From contig JAJTBO010000004.1 in the NCBI GenBank assembly GCA_021286855.1, positions 175,539 to 199,538 on the forward strand: DNA of 24,000 nucleotides, written 5' to 3'. The notes under the pieces were generated by a model, which saw only the letters and a list, made by a program, of their open reading frames with translations, was not told the origin of the DNA and searched no databases. The first letter of the stretch is position 1; every line of letters begins with the position of its first letter. The position numbers and the translations under genes were made by a program. Of this stretch, positions 19,301 to 24,000 are shown one piece after another. The DNA comes from Hyphomicrobiales bacterium (GTDB lineage: Bacteria; Pseudomonadota; Alphaproteobacteria; Rhizobiales; Ancalomicrobiaceae).

Positions 19301-19791
19301 GCGGCGGCCCAGCCGCCGATCACCGTGCCGCCGAGGATGGCGAGGAAGGTCGCGGCTTCGACCAGGGCGTTGCCGGCGGGCAGTTCGCCGCGCTCGAGCT
19401 GGTCGGGCAGGATGCCGTATTTGACCGGGCCGAACAGGGCGGAGAGCACGCCGAAGCCGAACAGCGCGGCGAAGAGAACCGGGATCGAATGGAAGAGGAA
19501 GCCGACCACGGCGAGGGCGGCCACCGGCAATTCGGCGAGCTTCAGCGCACGCGCCACGAGCGCCTTGTCGAAACGGTCGGCGATCTCGCCACCGAGCGCG
19601 GAGAAGACGAAGAACGGCGCCATCAGGGTCGCCGCCGCGAGGCTGACCAGCGGCGCGGCGGCCGCCGCGCCGAGCTTCCACAAGATCACGAAGACCAGGG
19701 CGTTCTTCAGGAAATTGTCGTTGATCGCCGAGAAGAACTGGCACCAGAACAGGCCGGCGAAACGGCGGGTGGCGAGGAGGGATCGGGACAT
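16393..19791 (-). CDS. aas: Tri-domain fusion: LplT-like MFS lysophospholipid transporter + PlsC-type acyltransferase + acyl-ACP synthetase (Aas; 2-acylglycerophosphoethanolamine acyltransferase/acyl-[ACP] synthetase)
   Basis: 1132 aa from ATG (complement 19789-19791, RBS GGAGA). The N-terminal ~415 aa are polytopic and hydrophobic (MSRSLLATRRFAGLFWCQFFSAINDNFLKNAL...). The HX4D acyltransferase motif NHVSFLD lies at 18403..18423, with FPEGR downstream. The AMP-binding signature TSGSEGTPKG lies at 17380..17409, with YGVTE and GDIV..DEDGF further on. Confidence 0.9.
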   Translation of the reverse strand: MSRSLLATRRFAGLFWCQFFSAINDNFLKNALVFVILWKLGAAAAAPLVSLAAATLMAPFFVFSALGGEIADRFDKALVARALKLAELPVAALAVVGFLFHSIPVLFAALFGFGVLSALFGPVKYGILPDQLERGELPAGNALVEAATFLAILGGTVIGGWAAADGGDPMSLAGLMLVFAVAAVFAAFAIPKTGRGVPGLRIRANVVASTVALLADLGRDRRLVWAGLASSWFWAVGAVALALLPTVVKGELGGVDELVTVFLAVFAVAIAVGSGLAAWLSGHRIVLAGTPIAALFMALFAALAAWALAVAPTPSGGTLGLAAALADPTARRIALAMAGLAVAGGLFIVPIFAALQTWAPIEARARVVAAVNVLNAFFMTVAALTVAALQSAGVSLAAIWAGLAAIGLLVAVAILLSLPTHPLRDLLFLLYRIVFRLEVVGGEHLENLGPRTVVALNHVSFLDAGLALALMEREPVFAIDATIARKWWVRPFLKVARALALDPLKPMATRSLIHGVESGDPLVIFPEGRLTVTGSLMKVYDGAGLVAIKTGATVIPVRIEGLEQTVFTRLARSQVRRRLFPKVRVTILPGRPLEVDPKLVGRARRRAAGAALYGVMSDLLYRTTRVDHSVIDALIAAAMHEGPGRVAVEDPVAGSLTYRRLLAGARVLGRRLARLAPLGGAVGVMLPNANAAAVAVFGLHSAGRVPAMINFTAGLANVRAAIAAAEIGTIVTSRAFVEKARLETLIEGLKSETNILWLEDLRGEIGFFERLWGLALWRRPLHRRGPDDAVAILFTSGSEGTPKGVVLSSRNMLANVAQVAARIDFGRSDKVLLVLPAFHSFGLTAGLVLPLVSGVPVFLYPSPLHYRVVPELVYGFNATILFGTDTFLAGYARAAHPYDFRSLRYVVAGAEAVKETTRRAWMEKFGLRILEGYGVTETAPVVALNTPMFNRFGTVGRLLPGMIPLLEPVAGIEEGGRLHLEGPNVMLGYLRAEAPGVLEPPPEGRHDTGDIVKIDEDGFVTILGRAKRFAKIGGEMVSLAAIEKLAATVWPTAQAAAAAVPDPRKGERVVLVVTEPGAARADFVAAAKAAGVSELMNPSEVVIWEKMPLLGTGKIDNLAVTRLVREAAGVGA

Positions 19792-19885
19792 CGGGGTCTC
19801 CACGCGCCGGCCGGCCGGCGCCTTGCGATCCTGTCGTTTCCGATGCTCGAGGCAAAGATCGAATCGACGCGGACGACACTTTTTT

Positions 19886-19900
19886 ATGAACACTGTTCAT
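19886..19900. promoter_or_regulatory. Perfect 15-bp palindrome ATGAACA-C-TGTTCAT, candidate operator in the divergent aas / permease promoter region
   Basis: 7-bp arms with no mismatch, embedded in the only AT-rich patch (TTTTTTATGAACACTGTTCATTACCAA) of the 234-bp divergent intergenic region. On the minus strand it sits between TTGGTA (-35-like) and an A-rich -10-like TAAAAA. Confidence 0.4.
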
Positions 19901-19967
19901 TACCAAGATGACACGATCCGGAAACCTCGGCAACCCCCCATCTTCAGGCCCTTCGGACAGGCGCGGA

Positions 19968-19996
19968 TTGGCATTCCACCGGCATACGGATAGATT
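19968..19996 (+). promoter_or_regulatory. Candidate sigma70-type promoter for the permease-mmcB unit: -35 TTGGCA, 17-bp spacer, -10 TAGATT
   Basis: TTGGCA (19968-19973) matches TTGACA at 5/6. TAGATT (19991-19996) matches TATAAT at 4/6. The spacer is exactly 17 bp. The -10 ends 29 nt before the ATG at 20026. Confidence 0.4.
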
Positions 19997-20025
19997 GCGC
20001 CGAGGTTTCCCGGGGGGCGTGCATC

Positions 20026-21465
20026 ATGGGCATCAACAGGACGATCTTCGCGGCGGCGCTGGCGCTCGCGGCGACGACGGCGAGTGGGACGGGGGCTTGC
20101 GCGGCGGAGGCGCACGGGCTCGACGGGGCGAGCCTCGGCGCGATTTGGGCGATCCCGTTCGTCGGCATTCTCCTGTCGATCGCCATCTTTCCCTTGGCGG
20201 CGCCGCATTTTTGGCACCATCACTTCGGCAAGGTGGCGGCGGCCTGGGGGCTCGCCTTCGCCATCCCCTTCGCGGTTGCGCACGGCGTCGGCCTCACCGG
20301 CGGCGAGGTGTTGCACACGGCGCTGCTCGAATATCTGCCCTTCGTGATCCTGCTGTGGTCGCTGTTCACCATCTCGGGCGGGATCCTGGTCACCGGCAAC
20401 CTGCACGGCAGCCCGCGGCTCAACCTGTCGATCCTCGGCATCGGCACGGTGCTCGCCTCGGTGATCGGCACCACCGGCGCATCGATGGTGCTGATCCGGC
20501 CGCTCCTGCGCGCCAACGACGAGCGGCGTCACAACGTCCACGTGGTGATCTTCTTCATCTTCCTGGTCTCGAACATCGGCGGCTCGATGACGCCGCTCGG
20601 CGACCCGCCGCTGTTCCTCGGCTACCTGAAGGGCGTCGGCTTCTTCTGGACGGCGATGCACATGGTCGAGGAGACCGCCTTCGCGGCCGGCATTCTGCTC
20701 GCCGTGTTCTTCGTCGTCGACCGCTGGCTCTACCACCGCGACGAGGCCTTCAAGGCGCGGTTCGACCCGACCCCGGACACGCGGCGGATCGGCCTGCGCG
20801 GCCTGCCCAACATCGCGCTGCTGGCGGTGGTGGTCGGCGGCGTGCTCTTGTCGGGCACCTGGAAGCCGGGGGTGTCGTTCCATGTCGGCAACGTCGAACT
20901 CGAGCTGCAGGACATCGCCCGCGACGTGATCCTGCTCGCCGCCGGCATCGTCTCGCTGCTCATCACGCCGAAGGCGGTGCGCGAGGCCAACGAATTCAGC
21001 TGGGGGCCGATCCTCGAGGTCGCCAAGCTGTTCGCCGGCATCTTCGTGACGATCATTCCGGTGATCGCCATGCTCAAGGCGGCCGAGAACGGCGCCTTCG
21101 CGCCGCTGGTGGCGATGGTCAACCACGCCGACGGCACGCCGAACAACGCCATGTACTTCTGGCTGACCGGCATCCTGTCGTCGTTCCTCGACAACGCGCC
21201 GACTTATCTCGTCTTCTTCAACCTCGCCGGCGGCGACCCGCAGCACCTGATGTACGACATCCCCTCGACCCTGCTCGGGATCTCCTGCGGCGCGGTGTTC
21301 ATGGGAGCGAACTCCTACATCGGCAACGCGCCGAACTTCATGGTCAAGGCGATCGCGGAGGAAGCCCACGTCAAGATGCCGAGCTTCTTCGGCTATCTGC
21401 TGTGGTCGGGCGGCATTCTGATCCCGCTGTTCGGCCTCGTCACCCTGGTCTTCTTCCATTGGTGA
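20026..21465 (+). CDS. Ion-transporter-superfamily permease (ArsB/NhaD / citrate-transporter-like; usually annotated sodium:proton antiporter)
   Basis: 479 aa and highly hydrophobic throughout, with ~10-12 predicted TM segments. It has a signal-like N-terminus, then LDGASLGAIWAIPFVGILLSIAIFPLAAPHFWHHHFGK, and later FLDNAPTYLVF and GNAPNFMVK, which I recall from this family. Substrate cannot be assigned from the sequence. Confidence 0.78.
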   Translation: MGINRTIFAAALALAATTASGTGACAAEAHGLDGASLGAIWAIPFVGILLSIAIFPLAAPHFWHHHFGKVAAAWGLAFAIPFAVAHGVGLTGGEVLHTALLEYLPFVILLWSLFTISGGILVTGNLHGSPRLNLSILGIGTVLASVIGTTGASMVLIRPLLRANDERRHNVHVVIFFIFLVSNIGGSMTPLGDPPLFLGYLKGVGFFWTAMHMVEETAFAAGILLAVFFVVDRWLYHRDEAFKARFDPTPDTRRIGLRGLPNIALLAVVVGGVLLSGTWKPGVSFHVGNVELELQDIARDVILLAAGIVSLLITPKAVREANEFSWGPILEVAKLFAGIFVTIIPVIAMLKAAENGAFAPLVAMVNHADGTPNNAMYFWLTGILSSFLDNAPTYLVFFNLAGGDPQHLMYDIPSTLLGISCGAVFMGANSYIGNAPNFMVKAIAEEAHVKMPSFFGYLLWSGGILIPLFGLVTLVFFHW

Positions 21466-21469
21466 GGCG

Positions 21470-21958
21470 ATGAGCGCGGACGACGTCGGCGACGCCCCGC
21501 CCCCTGCCCCGAGCCGTCCGGAAGAGACGGTCGCGGTGACGCGGGGGGTGCGGCGGCATCTGATCCGGCTCGGCTTCGCGGTCGTCGAGGAGTTGCCGCT
21601 CGCCTCCGGCCGGCGCGCCGACGTGGTGGCGATCGACGCGCGCGGCGAGGTGTGGATCGTCGAGGTGAAGTCGTCGGTGGAGGATTTCCGCGCCGACCAG
21701 AAATGGCCGTTCTACCGGCTGCATTCGGACCGGCTGTTCTTCGCCACATCGCCGCGGGTGCCGCTCGAGATCTTTCCCGAGGACTGCGGCCTGATCCTCG
21801 CGGACGCGCACGGCGGCGAGATCCTGCGCGAGGCGCCGGAACATCGGCTCGCCGCGGCGACCCGCAAGGCGATGACGTTGCGTTTCGCCCGGGTCGCGGC
21901 GCTCCGGCTCGGCGGGCTCGTCGATCCCTGCGCGCTCGGCAACGTCGTAATCGAGTGA
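21470..21958 (+). CDS. mmcB: MmcB-family protein (PD-(D/E)xK nuclease fold; DNA-damage tolerance/repair factor in Caulobacter)
   Basis: 162 aa, starting 4 nt after the permease stop. The core GRRADVVAIDARGEVWIVEVKSSVEDFRADQKW fits D...(D/E)xK (D-x(n)-EVK), followed by FYRLHSDRLFFATSP. This matches my recollection of MmcB-family sequences. Confidence 0.7.
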   Translation: MSADDVGDAPPPAPSRPEETVAVTRGVRRHLIRLGFAVVEELPLASGRRADVVAIDARGEVWIVEVKSSVEDFRADQKWPFYRLHSDRLFFATSPRVPLEIFPEDCGLILADAHGGEILREAPEHRLAAATRKAMTLRFARVAALRLGGLVDPCALGNVVIE

Positions 21959-21977
21959 GCCGGCGCCGCAGCCTACC

Positions 21978-22535
21978 TCAACGCGGCGCGCGTTTGGCCA
22001 GGATGCGCTGCAGGGTGCGGCGGTGCATGTTGAGGCGGCGCGCCGTCTCCGAGACGTTGCGCTCGCACAGCTCATAGACCCGCTGGATGTGCTCCCAACG
22101 CACGCGATCGGCCGACATCGGGTTTTCCGGCGGCTCGGCGCGTTCGTCGGAGGAGCGCAGCAGGGCGCGCATCACCTCGTCGGCGTCGGCGGGCTTGGAG
22201 AGATAGTCGGAAGCGCCGAGCTTCACCGCGGTGACCGCGGTGGCGATGTTGCCGTAGCCGGTCAGGACGATGGTGCGGGCGTCGGGTCGGCGCTCGCGCA
22301 GGTGCTCGACCACGTCGAGGCCGTTGCCGTCGGCCAACCGCATGTCGACCACCGCGTAAGCGGGCGCCTTGGTGTCGACGTGGGCCTTGCCCTCCGCGAC
22401 CGAGGCCGCCGTCTCCACCTCGAAACCGCGCAACTCCATGGCGCGCGCCAGACGCAGGAGGAAGGCCTTGTCGTCGTCGACGATGAGGAGGCTCTTTTCG
22501 GCATCGGCGGCGAGAGCCGGCGACAGGTCAGTCAT
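21978..22535 (-). CDS. regA: RegA/ActR/PrrA-family redox response regulator (receiver + Fis-type HTH)
   Basis: 185 aa from ATG (complement 22533-22535): MTDLSP...SLLIVDDDKAFLLRLARAMELRGFEV...AVVDMRLADGNGLDVVEHLR... The near-invariant C-terminal HTH is NVSETARRLNMHRRTLQRILAKRAPR. A GTG three codons upstream (22544) is an alternative start. Confidence 0.92.
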   Translation of the reverse strand: MTDLSPALAADAEKSLLIVDDDKAFLLRLARAMELRGFEVETAASVAEGKAHVDTKAPAYAVVDMRLADGNGLDVVEHLRERRPDARTIVLTGYGNIATAVTAVKLGASDYLSKPADADEVMRALLRSSDERAEPPENPMSADRVRWEHIQRVYELCERNVSETARRLNMHRRTLQRILAKRAPR

Positions 22536-22597
22536 GATCCGCACCCGTTCACGAAACGACGCCCGAGTCTCTTCCCGCGCGCTCGGTCGAGGGCGGC

Positions 22598-22626
22598 AGT
22601 CTAGGGCGAGATCCCTTATACATCAA
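22598..22626 (-). promoter_or_regulatory. Candidate internal promoter for regA in the regB-regA spacer: -35 TTGATG, 17-bp spacer, -10 TAGACT (minus strand)
   Basis: The minus strand reads TTGATG-tataagggatctcgccc-TAGACT (complement of 22621-22626 and 22598-22603). It sits in the only AT-rich part of the 169-bp spacer, ~60 nt upstream of the regA ATG. Confidence 0.3.
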
Positions 22627-22704
22627 TCCCATGGCTCGCCGCGTCGCACCATCGTCGCCACGAGGCCCCTTCGCCGGCGCAGCACACGCGGCGCGGGTTC
22701 GCGC

Positions 22705-24000
22705 TCACGGCTTCGCCATGCCGAAATCCTCCCCGCGGAAGTTGGAGGAGCCGTAGGGTTCGTCGGCGAGTTGCCAGAGGCTGCGCGGCCAGAAGACCCG
22801 GATGCGCGCGCCGTGTTCCGGGAAGCGCCGATTCTCGCACTCGACCCTCGCGCCGGAGCGAATCAGAAACGTCTGGGCGATGAAGAAGCCGAGACCGAGG
22901 CCGCCGCCGGTCTCGTCGTCTTCGGCCGACGTCAGCGGTTCGCGGGTGGTGACCCAGGGCTCGCCGAGTCGGGCCAGGACGCTCGAGGAGAAGCCGGGGC
23001 CGTCGTCGGAGACGACCACCGAGACCTCGCGGTCGTTCCAATCGAGCGACAGGACGACGCGGCTCTCGGCGAAATCGACGGCGTTCTCGACGATGTTGCC
23101 GAGGCCGTAGAGGATCGCCGGATTACGGCGACCGGCCGGTTCGGGACCGGAGCCGAGGCGGCGCACTTCGAGCGCGACGCCGAAGTCGCGGAAGGGCTCG
23201 AGCACCTCCTCGATCAGGCCGTCGAGCGACTGGCGGGCGAAGAAGGCGTCCGGGTCCTCGCCCATCGAGGAGAGCTTGCGCAGGATGTCGCGGCAGCGTT
23301 CCGACTGGCTGCGCAGCAGCGCCACGTCTTCGGCGAGCGGCGAACCGGGCGGCATCTCCCGCTCCATCTCGCGGGCGACGACGGCGATGGTGCCGAGCGG
23401 CGTGCCGAGTTCGTGGGCGGCGGCGGCGGCGAGCCCGTCGAGGGCGACGAGGTGGCTCTCGCGTTGGAGCACCAGTTCGGTGGCGGCGAGCGCTTCGGCG
23501 AGACGCCGGCTCTCGTCGGCGACGCGGAAGGCGTAGAGCGCCGAGAAGGACAGCGTCAGGATCAGCGCCAGCCAGATGCCGACGACGTAGAGCACCGGCA
23601 GGCTCGGCCGTGTCCCCGCGCCCCAGGGCAGCGGCGCATGCCAGGCGGCGAGCACCGTGACGGCGAGCGCCACGCCGACGCCGAGCAGCGCCGTGGAGCG
23701 CGGCGGCAGCGAGGCGGAGGAGACCAGGACCGGGGCGATCAGCAGACAGGCGAAAGGGTTCTCGAGCCCGCCGGTCAGCCAGAGCAGGCCGGTCAACTCC
23801 AGCACGTCCCAGCCGAGCAGCAGCGTGGCGTGAATGCCGTCGAGCCGATGGATCGACGAGAATTTCAGCCGGAGCAGCAGATTCAACGCCACCGATGCGC
23901 CGATCAGGGCGAAACAGGCGACCAGCGGCAGCGGAAAGTTCAGTCCCCAGCGGACGAACAGAACCGCCGCCGCCTGACCGGCGACCGCCAACCAGCGCAG
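22705..24000 (-). CDS. regB: RegB/ActS/PrrB-family redox-sensing histidine kinase (5' end outside the window)
   Basis: The frame stays open to the window edge; the TTG at 23989-23991 on the ORF track is not the true start. A multi-TM N-terminal region carries the family's quinone-site heptapeptide GGLENPF (23752..23772). The H-box is AAAHELGTPLG (His codon 23413..23415). The redox-box Cys in SERCRDIL is at 23294..23296. The G-box is DDGPGF...GGGLGLGFF. Confidence 0.92.
   Translation of the reverse strand: MRWLAVAGQAAAVLFVRWGLNFPLPLVACFALIGASVALNLLLRLKFSSIHRLDGIHATLLLGWDVLELTGLLWLTGGLENPFACLLIAPVLVSSASLPPRSTALLGVGVALAVTVLAAWHAPLPWGAGTRPSLPVLYVVGIWLALILTLSFSALYAFRVADESRRLAEALAATELVLQRESHLVALDGLAAAAAHELGTPLGTIAVVAREMEREMPPGSPLAEDVALLRSQSERCRDILRKLSSMGEDPDAFFARQSLDGLIEEVLEPFRDFGVALEVRRLGSGPEPAGRRNPAILYGLGNIVENAVDFAESRVVLSLDWNDREVSVVVSDDGPGFSSSVLARLGEPWVTTREPLTSAEDDETGGGLGLGFFIAQTFLIRSGARVECENRRFPEHGARIRVFWPRSLWQLADEPYGSSNFRGEDFGMAKP

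Noticed and set aside
19886-19900. The palindrome ATGAACACTGTTCAT as an alphaproteobacterial LexA/SOS box, given that mmcB is nearby.
   Set aside because: The alphaproteobacterial SOS box is a direct repeat GTTC-N7-GTTC (GAAC-N7-GAAC). Here the GAAC/GTTC halves are inverted and separated by 3 nt, so it does not fit.

Overview
Very GC-rich window (third codon positions almost all G/C) that reads as ordinary chromosomal DNA of an alphaproteobacterium; a Hyphomicrobiales/Rhizobiales-like origin is only an inference from gene content. I support 21 coding regions, two of them partial at the window edges. (1) An aerobic benzoyl-CoA (box) cluster runs boxD, then boxC-boxB-boxA, followed by an MDR-family oxidoreductase and a PaaG-like enoyl-CoA isomerase/hydratase (105..8407, + strand). 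(2) A MarR regulator is divergent from an FAH-family hydrolase, next to a small secreted orphan ORF and a 4HBT thioesterase. (3) ubiE-ubiB (ubiquinone biosynthesis), a DUF4202 gene, a HI0933-like flavoprotein and wrbA. (4) A 1132-aa LplT(MFS)-PlsC-acyl-ACP synthetase (Aas) fusion. (5) An ion-transporter-superfamily permease followed 4 nt later by an mmcB-like PD-(D/E)xK gene. (6) The RegB/RegA (ActS/ActR, PrrB/PrrA) redox two-component pair, with regB cut by the window end. I see no rRNA, tRNA, CRISPR array, transposase, integrase, phage gene or recognisable defence or toxin-antitoxin module, and I cannot honestly claim a novel multi-gene system here. The most unusual structure is a pair of 40-bp G/C-tract inverted repeats (38/40 identical) forming a ~215-bp MITE/BIME-like insert between boxB and boxA. 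Other items worth a look are an AT-rich promoter/operator island in front of boxC, a perfect 15-bp palindrome in the divergent aas/permease promoter region, tandem direct repeats in three intergenic regions, and the small Cys-pair secreted ORF. Most long ORFs on the supplied track that lie antisense to or out of frame with these genes are GC-composition artefacts.
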